Shown: piece by piece, positions 1-9,629 of the stretch | Position numbering within the stretch: position 1 is the first letter of the stretch | Layout of the letters: each line of letters begins with the position of its first letter | Assembly (NCBI GenBank): GCA_019056785.1 | Contig: DXJV01000095.1 | Coordinates: 1-56,099, forward strand | Source: Candidatus Heimdallarchaeota archaeon | GTDB taxonomy: Archaea; Asgardarchaeota; Heimdallarchaeia; JABLTI01 | Length of the DNA stretch: 56,099 nt | Direction of reading: 5' to 3' | The notes under the pieces: generated by a model | Database searches by the model: none | What the model was told of the DNA's origin: nothing | Seen by the model: the letters and a program-made list of their open reading frames with translations, nothing else | Made by a program: the position numbers and the translations under genes

Positions 1-186
1 AGCGATAGCGACGGCGACGGTTGGAGCGATGGCAAGGAAGTTGCATGGGGCACTGACCCCTTGCGTGCACAAAGCACCCCTTATAGGAGGAAAATGTTTA
101 TCGCAATTACCGTTCCTCTCACCCTCCTTCTTATTTACGGACCGATTGTAACTGCTATTGTGAAGCGACTGAAAGACAGAGGATGA
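1..186 (+). CDS. 3' end of a membrane-anchored surface protein with a DxDxDG Ca-binding (TSP3-like) repeat; partial
   Basis: Frame 1 reads SDSDGDGWSDGKEVAWGTDPL...MFIAITVPLTLLLIYGPIVTAIVKRLKDRG* (TGA 184-186); same repeat type as in 19278..21572; not in the ORF track because it lacks a start. Confidence 0.8.
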   Translation, partial: SDSDGDGWSDGKEVAWGTDPLRAQSTPYRRKMFIAITVPLTLLLIYGPIVTAIVKRLKDRG

Positions 187-375
187 GAGCCAACGCAAGT
201 TTGCTTCTAAAGCGACAATTAAAGAAAGCATGTTTCCATACCAATTGCAAATGTATTGTTGAGTTTCCTAGCAATTATTATCATTAAGCTCTTTTGCTGG
301 TTTTTCAATGGGTATCCTTCAAAAGAATTAAAAAGCTCTTTTCATTGAAGGAGATTTAAAAAGGGTTAAACAACC

Positions 376-750
376 ATGTCCAGCCACAACAGTGATTTTC
401 AATACAAAATGGTCATTGGTATTCGCAAGGACCTTCAGATGAGTAAGGGAAAAACCGCCGTTCAAACAGCTCATGCGGCGGTCCTTGCTGTTGAGGATGC
501 CAAACGCCGGCATAAGGATTGGCTAAAGAAATGGTTTTACGAGGGGCAGAAAAAAGTGGTTGTACAATTGTCCTCTGAGGAGGAATTGCACCATCTTTTA
601 CAAAAAGCCCGGGCAACCAATCTTCCTTATGCGGTTGTTAATGATGCAGGTTTAACGGAGCTGCCCCCCAACACTACCACTGCTATTGCTCTTGGTCCTG
701 CCCCAAATGATAAGCTTGATAAATTAACATCTAAGTACAAGTTGCTTTAA
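376..750 (+). CDS. pth2: Peptidyl-tRNA hydrolase Pth2
   Basis: KMVIGIRKDLQMSKGKTAVQTAHAA, GQKKVV, DAGLTE, TAIALGP motifs. Confidence 0.95.
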   Translation: MSSHNSDFQYKMVIGIRKDLQMSKGKTAVQTAHAAVLAVEDAKRRHKDWLKKWFYEGQKKVVVQLSSEEELHHLLQKARATNLPYAVVNDAGLTELPPNTTTAIALGPAPNDKLDKLTSKYKLL

Positions 751-764
751 GAGGTAACCGGTAA

Positions 765-2042
765 ATGACAGCCACCAAAAATGCTCTTCTTAAGAGTCAC
801 CCCATCGAGGAAAAAATGGGCATCCTGTATTATATCACCACGACCGAAGGTATTGGTGGGAAATTAAGAAAAACGCCCCAAGACTTTCGTGTGGAAGAAA
901 TCCTCAAAGATGGCAGAGTAGTCAGCATCGATGATGAGGAGTTTTCCTTGGGTCCAGATGAGCCTGGTTTATTCACAGAATTTATCTTGATAAAGAAAGG
1001 TATTGAAAGTCATAAAGCACTGATGAAGATCGCCAACGCCTTGGGGCGAGATATTAGCGATATCAACCTTGCCGGAACGAAAGACAAATTGGCCATAACG
1101 GCTCAAAGAGCAACTATCTGGCGTTGTCCACCTGAAGAATTATTGAAAGTTAAAATTAATGGCATTAAAATTCGCGCCCCACGAACAACTATCTATAAAA
1201 CATATTTGGGGGACTTGAAAGGTAATTATTTCACCATTCGCGTAAAGGACCTTGAATTGTCGAATGAAGAGATTACCAATCGCTTTGAAAGTATTTTCAG
1301 AGAAATCACAGAAAAACATGGCATTCCAAATTACTTTGGCCATCAGCGGTTTGGTTCACGCCGACCAATTTCACATCATATTGGTCGCTTAATTCTTTTA
1401 GGGGATATTGAAGCGGCTATTCAAGAGTTCCTTAGCTACATTTCAGAAGATGAATCTGAGATTGTTAAAAATGCCAGACAAATTTATCGCGAGACAAATG
1501 ATCCAAAAGCAATGTTAGAAGCAATGCCAAAAACGATGATTTTTGAGAAACATATTCTTGAGCATCTTAGTAATCACCCCGGCGATTATCAGGGTGCCTT
1601 CCAAAAAATCCCTCGAAATTTACAGCGTATGTTTATTCATTCTTATCAATCGTATATCTGGAATCGAACTCTTTCAAAACGACTCGAGTTGTTTCCAGAC
1701 CTCCAAATATGCCCATTAGACATTGTTCAAAATGGCCAAAGTTATCTCCCAATAATTGGTTATAAAACCGTATTGCCTGATAATGAGCTATTTGATTTTA
1801 CGAAGGAATTGCTGGACCAAGACGGTGTCGAACAAAAACAGTTCATAGTACCAGTTATTCCTAGCTTAAAATTCTCCGGTTCTCGCAGACCCCTTGCAAT
1901 CAAACCAAAAAATTTCTCGTATGGAATCGAAGCGGATGCAAATAAAAACAAATGCTTGATTATCAAATTCTCTTTGGGTTCCGGTTCGTATGCAACTATC
2001 GTCTTGCGAGAGTTTATGAAAACAACGCCACTCTATTATTAA
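765..2042 (+). CDS. truD: tRNA pseudouridine(13) synthase TruD
   Basis: DFRVEE, AGTKDKLAITAQ, GNYFTI, PNYFGHQRFG, GSYATIVLREFMK. Confidence 0.95.
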   Translation: MTATKNALLKSHPIEEKMGILYYITTTEGIGGKLRKTPQDFRVEEILKDGRVVSIDDEEFSLGPDEPGLFTEFILIKKGIESHKALMKIANALGRDISDINLAGTKDKLAITAQRATIWRCPPEELLKVKINGIKIRAPRTTIYKTYLGDLKGNYFTIRVKDLELSNEEITNRFESIFREITEKHGIPNYFGHQRFGSRRPISHHIGRLILLGDIEAAIQEFLSYISEDESEIVKNARQIYRETNDPKAMLEAMPKTMIFEKHILEHLSNHPGDYQGAFQKIPRNLQRMFIHSYQSYIWNRTLSKRLELFPDLQICPLDIVQNGQSYLPIIGYKTVLPDNELFDFTKELLDQDGVEQKQFIVPVIPSLKFSGSRRPLAIKPKNFSYGIEADANKNKCLIIKFSLGSGSYATIVLREFMKTTPLYY

Positions 2043-2093
2043 TTGCGACAATACAAGTCTTTTTCATTGAGGAGTTTTAAGACGAAAGACTGC

Positions 2094-2627
2094 TTACCGA
2101 AATTCAACCCGTATATCTTCACCGCTAATCAATTTGACCAGGGCAACAAGCTCGTCAATCGAAGCTGGCAGCTTTTCTCGTTCTGCTTCAGGGAGAATAA
2201 TAATAGTTTCCTCCTCGACAGAAGGCTGCCCCGGCTTTGGAGAGCGAACAGGGACAAAAATAGTGTTAATCCCACTGATTAATGCAGGCGCGAAAATATT
2301 GTCGACAACTTTGCGGAGATTCTTACTTTTTTCCATTAGTTTTACTTTTTTATGAAGAGCACGTTCCACACGAACGTCAAAGTCTGCACGCCCACCGGTC
2401 AGAAAGCGAATGCTCCCGGGGGTTAGAAGTATCAATACAAAACTTGGGCGTTCAATTGTCTTAAGAATGGTGACTTTAGCTGCATTTGGGAACTCTTTCT
2501 CAAATTCAACGGCGATTTTCGCAATTGTCACATCTGTTTCAGTAATTTCACCTGAATTCAATTTTGTTTGGCAATCTTTGCAAAGCATTCCGGTTTGCGC
2601 ACAAAACGCGCAGATGGCTGTTTTCAT
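2094..2627 (-). CDS. Archaeal Zn-finger/KH NusA-like protein
   Basis: N-terminal ICAFCAQTGMLCKDCQ...GEITETDV followed by KH-like alpha/beta segments. Confidence 0.7.
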   Translation of the reverse strand: MKTAICAFCAQTGMLCKDCQTKLNSGEITETDVTIAKIAVEFEKEFPNAAKVTILKTIERPSFVLILLTPGSIRFLTGGRADFDVRVERALHKKVKLMEKSKNLRKVVDNIFAPALISGINTIFVPVRSPKPGQPSVEEETIIILPEAEREKLPASIDELVALVKLISGEDIRVEFR

Positions 2628-2753
2628 TCTAAGTTACACCGAATACCGACTGGTTTTCAATGCTTTTAGAGAGAATATTTGTTGTTTATTAATTCTCCGA
2701 TTATTAAAAAAGAAAAGAAAAAGAGTTGTAAAAGAAAGAAAAAGGGAGAGAAA

Positions 2754-3149
2754 TTATTTTGCGAGAACAATTTCGATGGCAGAAACATTTGCTTCTCCGC
2801 CACCTTCTCTGCGAACCACAGATTCAGTGCTAGTAGTGATGCTTTTGACCTTAAGGTTTGTTATAAAGCGGTTTCTTACGAGTTCTGCAACATCCACTGC
2901 AGTGCTAATAGCACGGCCTCGTGCACAGATCTTCACTTCTTTCGCTTTACCTTCGTTAAAGCAAGTCATAACTGCCAAAACGTAGACCATTGCGGGTCTG
3001 CTGCCGACGAAGATGGTATTCTCGGGTTTTTCTTTTGTTTCTTTTGTGCTTGGTGCTTTTTCCTTAGGCTCTTTAGTTGCAGTAGCTTTTTTAGCCGTCT
3101 TTTTTTCTTCCGTTTTCGATGCTTTTGTTTTTTTCTCATTCTTAGCCAT
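2754..3149 (-). CDS. albA: Chromatin/RNA-binding protein Alba with a Lys-rich N-terminal extension
   Basis: [34 protein letters not shown]; ATG at 3149 preceded by SD-like AGGTGA. Confidence 0.93.
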   Translation of the reverse strand: MAKNEKKTKASKTEEKKTAKKATATKEPKEKAPSTKETKEKPENTIFVGSRPAMVYVLAVMTCFNEGKAKEVKICARGRAISTAVDVAELVRNRFITNLKVKSITTSTESVVRREGGGEANVSAIEIVLAK

Positions 3150-3371
3150 TTTTTGGTTCACCTTTTGTCATTTTTGTTGACCGACTGCAATGTTCATTGA
3201 GTGCATGTCAATAGAAATTTTGTAGTGAAATTTAAAAACTTGAAATTAAAAACTCTTTCTAAAAGATTCAAAGAAAAAAGAGGAAAAAAGGGCTTTTTTT
3301 CTCGTTTTTGAAGGCTTTTTCTTGTTTCTAAGAAGCTTCAAAATCTTTTTCTTTAACAGAACGCAAGTCAC

Positions 3372-3944
3372 GTGCAAATGTCCACTAGAAACAAAGTTCT
3401 GTTAGTTTTCTGTGTGAGCTTGCTCCTTGAAAGCTCACTTGGAATTGCTTTTAGCAAAGCGGAGCCCATCGTTTTACAATTTGCTATACCAGCTCAAAGC
3501 TGGAAATTTGTTGAGATAACTAATTTAACTAGCAATCAGCTTTTGGACTTCGATTGGCGAACAGAAATTATTGTTCAAGGCAGACAAGTCACACAAGAAC
3601 AATTTCTAACACTTCAAAATGCCGATTTTAGCGAGCGAGCACAATATTTCGAATCGATTGGTTTTTTTGAGGGCATTCATGATTATGGACGAACAAGTAC
3701 GGATGTAAATGGCAAGCTGTGGTTTGTCTTTTATAACCCGCAATCCGTAGGTACAACACTGACCATTACATTGATTTTGCGAAAGGATTTATTACTACCC
3801 TGGCAAATTGGGCTCATAGCTACGATTGTTACTGTTGTTATTTTAGGAGTAATTATATTCATAACATATAAACTCCGTCAGAAAATGCTCGAAGAGCAAT
3901 TGGCTCGAGAAAAATCGCCTGCGGAGCGCTATTTTGAAATGTAA
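3372..3944 (+). CDS. Type I membrane protein: signal peptide, GOLD-like beta domain, TM, short tail
   Basis: Hydrophobic N-terminus, GKLWFVFYNP motif, C-terminal TM (IGLIATIVTVVILGVIIFITY) plus basic residues. Confidence 0.6.
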   Translation: MQMSTRNKVLLVFCVSLLLESSLGIAFSKAEPIVLQFAIPAQSWKFVEITNLTSNQLLDFDWRTEIIVQGRQVTQEQFLTLQNADFSERAQYFESIGFFEGIHDYGRTSTDVNGKLWFVFYNPQSVGTTLTITLILRKDLLLPWQIGLIATIVTVVILGVIIFITYKLRQKMLEEQLAREKSPAERYFEM

Positions 3945-4028
3945 CACCTTTTTCGCGGATTTTACTCTGAAATTTTTATTAACCCCAATGCAATATAGTT
4001 ATTGTAATGTCGAATTGAGGTTATTAAT

Positions 4029-4751
4029 TTGAAAATAATTTCTTTATATTGGGGTTATTTAATAGGCGAAGAGCATTTAACAGATGAACAAATAGCAAAT
4101 ATAGATTTTGGCAACCCCTCTATCGATACCGAATTCATCACCTTCGACCCCCTTGCAAGCAGTTATTTCCAAGGAAGGTATTTCACAATGGTAGAGCGCA
4201 AACTGTTCTTTCCCCACCGCAAGCTTCCTGCTATGCGCACTGAAACCCTTGTGATGTATGATGAAACTTTTGTGAAAATTTTCGACCCACCAGCAGATCT
4301 GGCAACACCAGCGGGGATTTATCAAGCAGTTTTCATCGGAAAGAAGGAACAGATCAACAAAGCCATTACCTTCCTTAGCAAACGAATAAACTTGCGATTT
4401 TCCCCCTGTGACCTTGATGTTGAAAAGTTCTTTCTAAAGCTTCGAAAAACGCGACTCGAAGTGTTCCCGAAGTCCTTAGTAATTAGTAATTTACAACTTA
4501 ATGAGACCCTTTCAGGAAACCTTGAGGTTTTTTTAGAGGACCCAGAACTATTTATCAAACAACTGAAAGCCTATAAGCCAAAGATCCAGCAGATAAAACT
4601 TCTCATTAAAGAAGTTGCCTTTCATCTACCTTTGATAGTTGCAATAAATGGAACAATTAGTTATGAAAAGAACATCGACAAATTAAGCCTTTTAGACACA
4701 ATTACAGAGGTAGCTATCAGGAGTGTTTATACCGGCATTCCTCCCAAATAA
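4029..4751 (+). CDS. Hypothetical protein
   Basis: 240-aa ORF, TTG start with GAGGT SD, fills the gap between neighbours; no recognised motif. Confidence 0.7.
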   Translation: MKIISLYWGYLIGEEHLTDEQIANIDFGNPSIDTEFITFDPLASSYFQGRYFTMVERKLFFPHRKLPAMRTETLVMYDETFVKIFDPPADLATPAGIYQAVFIGKKEQINKAITFLSKRINLRFSPCDLDVEKFFLKLRKTRLEVFPKSLVISNLQLNETLSGNLEVFLEDPELFIKQLKAYKPKIQQIKLLIKEVAFHLPLIVAINGTISYEKNIDKLSLLDTITEVAIRSVYTGIPPK

Positions 4752-4763
4752 TTATTGCAAACA

Positions 4764-5588
4764 TTAAAGAAGATGAGCATTCTTTTCTTTTGCAACATAA
4801 AGTAGCCCTTGTTTTTTCTCAGCAAAATCACCTTTATATTCGATAAAGGGTTGTTTAATCACCTCATAATCAGGGAGCGTAAGTTCTGGGACAGTTCTTT
4901 GGAATTCGAAGGAAGGGAGTAGTTCTTTTAACGTTCCTTTTATCACTATGATTCCTCCAGTCATTTCGGCTCCAGCACGTTCAATAACATTGCCATTAAC
5001 AATGATTATCCCTCGATGAAGATGCATGCCGAGAAAGATTCCTGCATTTTTACCTATTTCAATCAAACCGTTTCGCATCCACACGCCACATTCGTTCTTT
5101 ACTGAACCCTTAACATGAATCTTCCCACCCGACATTCCTCGCCAATCACCACGAACCGAACCGCCAAGATAATGACCAGCATTACCAGTAATATGCAATT
5201 CTCCGCCCTTCATATTTGCGCCTGCAAAATCGTCTGCATCACCATTGACAACAATACGGCCCCCTTTCATTTGAAAACCAACATGCATTCCGATAGAGCT
5301 GTTAATGATAATTGTCCCGCCGGTCATTTGTTGCCCGACGCGTTTAAGCTTGGCTAGATTTCCTTCGAGCAGGATGGAAATGTCAGCAATTTCATCGCCA
5401 AGAAAGTCATCACCGGAGAGATGAAAGAGCTCTCGTAATGCCATTTCACGGTTGCCTTTCCAAACAGAAAGCTCTCCAATTTCAGCCAAAGTTTTCTTAA
5501 CAAATTTGTCGGGAGAAATAATCTCAGCCTCAATTGGTATTTTCGGTTTTTCCAACGGTTCTTTTATGACAAGTTTTACTGTTGGCAT
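4764..5588 (-). CDS. fwdC: Formylmethanofuran dehydrogenase subunit C
   Basis: EAEIISPD and repeated GxxMxGGxIxVxG beta-helix units, GDWRGMSGG. Confidence 0.95.
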   Translation of the reverse strand: MPTVKLVIKEPLEKPKIPIEAEIISPDKFVKKTLAEIGELSVWKGNREMALRELFHLSGDDFLGDEIADISILLEGNLAKLKRVGQQMTGGTIIINSSIGMHVGFQMKGGRIVVNGDADDFAGANMKGGELHITGNAGHYLGGSVRGDWRGMSGGKIHVKGSVKNECGVWMRNGLIEIGKNAGIFLGMHLHRGIIIVNGNVIERAGAEMTGGIIVIKGTLKELLPSFEFQRTVPELTLPDYEVIKQPFIEYKGDFAEKKQGLLYVAKEKNAHLL

Positions 5589-5595
5589 TTCTACA

Positions 5596-7356
5596 TCACA
5601 ACATTTGTGTTTCGATCACTTCTTCACGGGGGAAATATTCCGGTTGTACAGCGTAGTTATTCAAACTAACAGTGTAATGTTTTAAGAAACGTTCTTCAAT
5701 GGCATCTTGGATTTGAAGGCGCCAATCTTCAGGAACTTGCGCTTTAACTCTAAAGGTTTTTCCTGTGGGGCTGGCGATTACTCGACCATTACTATAAACA
5801 ATTTGTCCTTCTTTGATGGTATACCGGGCATCAGCAAAACCCTTCTCAATGGCTCGGTAATTAGTTGCCAGCGTTTCTAACGGTACTTTGAAATCATAGA
5901 TGGCAACATCAGCATCTGCACCAACGCCTAAATGCCCTTTTGATTCGAGTCCTAAGAGCGTTGCAGCGGAAGCCCGACTTACTTGTACAATTTCTGAAAG
6001 CGTTAATTCTCGGGTAATATCAGCTATGGTAGTTCGTTCTTGTGCAGCTTTGTCCACTTTTGCGAGCATTTCTTTTCTAGCTGTTTTACTCATTAGCCAG
6101 CTTAAAATGAGGGGATAAAACGTGAAAGGACCGCCATTTGGGTGATCTGTTGAAATACTGACTCGCGTCAAATCTTTCATTGATAGAAGAAACTCGAGAC
6201 CAATTGCCCATTGAACGGCATTTACGGAATTTTTCCGGCGAAAGATGTATGGTACAACACCTGCACACGATTCCAATTCAACTTGAGCGTTCATCCACTT
6301 CGAACCCGAGCGAGGAGACCACGCGAGATGTTCGGTGATGCCACGAAGAACCCATTCCCAAGCACCATCTGCAGTCATTGTTGTTGTGTTCGTGAAAATA
6401 ATTTGACCAATGTCACAAGAAACATGTTTGTTTTTGTTGATATAATGAGCAATTTCAACGGCCTCTGAACGAAAGTCTTGCCAGCCTCGGCCACCATAAG
6501 AAGAGAATTGCACATGGGTTATATGAACATTGGTTTTATGTTTCTTGCTGAGAGGAACCTCCTTCAAGCTGCGCATCGTTTCTTTGGTAATTTCAAAATT
6601 GCCCGGTGTACCTAAATTATTCGTATGGAGATGGATGGTGTGGGGGAGGTTTAACTGCTCATTCACTCTTGCCAGTTTTTGAATAATCTCTCGTGGTGTG
6701 GCTTTGAAGTATGCCACCTTGTCATCAAGATTATTGATGTTCTTCCCCCAGGCCCAGGTCTCTTCTCCACCGGGGTTAACCAATTTGATAGTATATCCTC
6801 CGGAGGCTTCAAGCAACCACGAAACAAACGCACTCATCTCATTTAGATTCATTTCTTTAATTCGCTCGAGTAAAAACCAATTGCTTCCAAGCAGAGTATA
6901 AGCCCCTTTATCAATAATTGGGATATCCATTAGTTCTTCATGCGTATGGCGGGCTTCGAGGGGAGGCATAGCGGGTTCCATTGCACAGGTATAACCAAGT
7001 TTCGCATAAGCATAACCAGTATAATATGTCGAGGGAACTGAGCGACCCACACCAGAACGAGTAGCAGCTGTTTTTTTAGAATGTATTAAAAGATGGTCCT
7101 CTGGACGCAAAAGCCGACCAGCATTAACCTTTGGCCCAGCAATATGAGCATGCATATCCACCCCACCAGGCATTACTACCAAGTTAGAGGCATCTATAAT
7201 TTTGGCATTATGTTCTTTTCGTATGGCAGAAAGAGGAACAATCTGTGAATTAAGGATAGCAATGTCCTTTCTTTCTCCGTGAAGGTTATTTATTGGGTCA
7301 TACACCCAACCGTTTTTTATGATGATTGCTTTAGGCTTTTTCTTTTTGGGGCTGAT
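5596..7356 (-). CDS. fwdA: Formylmethanofuran dehydrogenase subunit A (amidohydrolase); true start lies upstream of the track ORF
   Basis: PGGVDMHAHIAG, KLVNPGG, HLHTNNLG, STDHPNGGPF; the conserved IIIKNGWVYDP N-terminus extends upstream of GTG 7305; putative ATC start at 7356. Confidence 0.93.
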   Translation of the reverse strand: MSPKKKKPKAIIIKNGWVYDPINNLHGERKDIAILNSQIVPLSAIRKEHNAKIIDASNLVVMPGGVDMHAHIAGPKVNAGRLLRPEDHLLIHSKKTAATRSGVGRSVPSTYYTGYAYAKLGYTCAMEPAMPPLEARHTHEELMDIPIIDKGAYTLLGSNWFLLERIKEMNLNEMSAFVSWLLEASGGYTIKLVNPGGEETWAWGKNINNLDDKVAYFKATPREIIQKLARVNEQLNLPHTIHLHTNNLGTPGNFEITKETMRSLKEVPLSKKHKTNVHITHVQFSSYGGRGWQDFRSEAVEIAHYINKNKHVSCDIGQIIFTNTTTMTADGAWEWVLRGITEHLAWSPRSGSKWMNAQVELESCAGVVPYIFRRKNSVNAVQWAIGLEFLLSMKDLTRVSISTDHPNGGPFTFYPLILSWLMSKTARKEMLAKVDKAAQERTTIADITRELTLSEIVQVSRASAATLLGLESKGHLGVGADADVAIYDFKVPLETLATNYRAIEKGFADARYTIKEGQIVYSNGRVIASPTGKTFRVKAQVPEDWRLQIQDAIEERFLKHYTVSLNNYAVQPEYFPREEVIETQML

Positions 7357-8090
7357 TTTATTTCACCACCAGGGGCAGTTTTCACTCGTTCTTCATAGAA
7401 CCAATATCGCGAATAAATAGGTTTGAGGAGTTTTGTTTCAATGTTTTTCCAGATTTTACTTTCTGAACCTTCTTTCCCATGTTTAACTTTTGTTCTTGTG
7501 ATTTTGATAGCGTCTTTTGCAGGGCAGGAGAACAAACAAGCACCACAAAACAAGCACTTTTCCTTTTCCACATGTACTTTTGGCTCTTTTTGCCAGGGCT
7601 TTTCCTTTGGGGCAATCGGCAAAGAAAGGCATTGCATCGGACAGACCTCTATACAAGTAGAGCAACCACCAGGACACTTTTCATTGTCGATTGTAATATC
7701 ACCTTCAAAGAACTTGAGAGCGGTATTTCCGGTTTTTTTGCAAAGAACCTCGGGCCCTTCCAAAAAGGGAAGTGAGAGCCCACGTTTTACCTTTTCAGCC
7801 GGTTTACCATTGATCTGCAGTTCAAGAGCACCAAATGGACAGATGAAGGCACAAAGACCACAAAACACACATTTATGATAGTTGATACGAATTGGTGGGG
7901 CTGTCGTCCTTTTACGAACCGAAGCACCAATAGGCCCTCGTTCAATTGCATACCTCGGGCAGACGGTCCAACAAAGATTGCAACCAACACATTTTGTCAA
8001 ATCAAGAACTAATGCGGTTGTCCCACGTACCTCTTGTCGTTCAGTAATTATGAAATGGTCCTTCTCTTTTGTAAAAGCTTGGCGGGTCAT
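7317..8090 (-). CDS. fwdF: Polyferredoxin, FwdF-like
   Basis: Four CxxCxxCxxxCP-type motifs; located in the fwd operon. Confidence 0.8.
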   Translation of the reverse strand: MTRQAFTKEKDHFIITERQEVRGTTALVLDLTKCVGCNLCWTVCPRYAIERGPIGASVRKRTTAPPIRINYHKCVFCGLCAFICPFGALELQINGKPAEKVKRGLSLPFLEGPEVLCKKTGNTALKFFEGDITIDNEKCPGGCSTCIEVCPMQCLSLPIAPKEKPWQKEPKVHVEKEKCLFCGACLFSCPAKDAIKITRTKVKHGKEGSESKIWKNIETKLLKPIYSRYWFYEERVKTAPGGEIKSAPKRKSLKQSS

Positions 8091-8142
8091 TTTTCACTCG
8101 AGTTCCTTAACAATTGTAATTGTATTCTTGTATAACTAATAT

Positions 8143-8430
8143 CTAAGGTTGTACAGATGTCGTGTCTTCATATTCCTCCAAAGGGATGAATTCCAATGAG
8201 ATGCAATCTTGGGGGCAAACGATCATACAAACGCCATCACCATCGCAACGGAAGGGATTAATCACAACAGCAACACCGTTTTTGATGGCAATAACACGAT
8301 CATTTGGGTCATAGTCCTCTTTTTTCCGCATCTCTGCATTAACAGGACAGGCAGTAGTGCAATTATTGCATCCATTGCACCTCGAAGCATCAATGGTAAT
8401 CCTGTAAGTCACACGTTCATAATCCGACAT
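8143..8430 (-). CDS. fwdG: 2x[4Fe-4S] ferredoxin, FwdG-like
   Basis: CNGCNNCTTACPVN and CDGDGVCMIVCP; first gene of fwdGFAC. Confidence 0.8.
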   Translation of the reverse strand: MSDYERVTYRITIDASRCNGCNNCTTACPVNAEMRKKEDYDPNDRVIAIKNGVAVVINPFRCDGDGVCMIVCPQDCISLEFIPLEEYEDTTSVQP

Positions 8431-8585
8431 TCTTCAATGCACACCATTCACAAGATAATTTATTACTCAAATATCTTGCTATTTACTTCGTAAATGGATC
8501 ATTCTCCATAAGAAACTTCCTTTAATGTTGCAATGCATTTATTTCAACTCAAGACATAATTTTATAATGTCATTCTCTTTGTTCC

Positions 8586-9101
8586 ATGATTGTAGTGAAA
8601 AAGACGATGTCTAAACCCCGGAGATATGTGAGGCCAAGAGTAGAACAAGCCATCAGAGAGTTCAAACATGTCCTTGATGAAGCCATACTCTTGTGCGAGG
8701 TGCTCATCTTGCAGCAAGCGGGCACACGACCTGAACGTTTTAGAGCAATGAATTTTAAAAAGGCAAGTATTGACAGCCTAAATGATGTGTTGCTCACCTT
8801 AAAATCTCTCATAAAGAAGAAATTGCCCTTTTTAATGGATGTAATTGATCGTTATCAAGAAGAGGCGATGATAAAAATCACCTCGAAGGCTGAATTCGCT
8901 CGAATAATTATTCATTGCTTCAAACTCAACCTCATAGCAGACAATAGCAATATCTCCCTCTATCTTGCACCATTTATAGAAGAATGGGAACTTTTGTCAT
9001 TCGGAGTGCAAGCAATTGTTCTAAATCATGTGATAAAAAGTATTAATATGGATATTGAAAGAGCACAATTGAGAGAAAGAATCGCGAAAAAATTCAAATG
9101 A
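8586..9101 (+). CDS. Hypothetical helical protein upstream of fwdDB
   Basis: 171-aa ORF (alternative ATG 8607), co-oriented with fwdD. Confidence 0.7.
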   Translation: MIVVKKTMSKPRRYVRPRVEQAIREFKHVLDEAILLCEVLILQQAGTRPERFRAMNFKKASIDSLNDVLLTLKSLIKKKLPFLMDVIDRYQEEAMIKITSKAEFARIIIHCFKLNLIADNSNISLYLAPFIEEWELLSFGVQAIVLNHVIKSINMDIERAQLRERIAKKFK

Positions 9102-9182
9102 GAATACGTAACTTAAAAAGAAGGGAACAAATAATAATTGATAAAAATCAAGAAACCCCACAGCTAAATTAGTACTAGTAAG

Positions 9183-9629
9183 TTGAGTGACCGGAGAAAA
9201 AAAACCTTGACACACAAGGACAAAAGCTTGAAAGTTTTATTAACCACCGGCAGAACTATTGAACAAGGAAAATCACTTGTGGGCACAAAACTCACAACAA
9301 AAGCTAAACAAGCAACAGCCGTCTGTTTTTTAGACCCTGAAGACATGGAAAAGTTGCAATTAGAAGAAGAGGATAATATAAAAATCACTACTTCTGAAGG
9401 GATGATTGTTGTTCGAGCGAAAAAGTCAAATGAAGCTCCCCATCCAGGCATAGCTTTTATGCCTCTAGGCATCTATGCTAATTGGCTTATACCACCCGGC
9501 GATGCAGGTATTGGTGTTCCCCAATACAAGGAGGTGGAAGCAACAATTGCTCCGACAAAAGAAGGAATACCTTCTGTTGTGCAGTTAATTAATGAATTAA
9601 GAAAAGTAAAGGGTAAAAAAGATGTCTAA
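9183..9629 (+). CDS. fwdD: Formylmethanofuran dehydrogenase subunit D
   Basis: LTTGRTIEQG, PGIAFMPLGIYAN, GVPQYK. Confidence 0.93.
   Translation: MSDRRKKTLTHKDKSLKVLLTTGRTIEQGKSLVGTKLTTKAKQATAVCFLDPEDMEKLQLEEEDNIKITTSEGMIVVRAKKSNEAPHPGIAFMPLGIYANWLIPPGDAGIGVPQYKEVEATIAPTKEGIPSVVQLINELRKVKGKKDV

Noticed and set aside
2410-2985. Long antisense ORFs (also 11307..11834, 7423..7878, 55096..55464 and others)
   Set aside because: Shadows of well-supported genes on the opposite strand, with no motifs.
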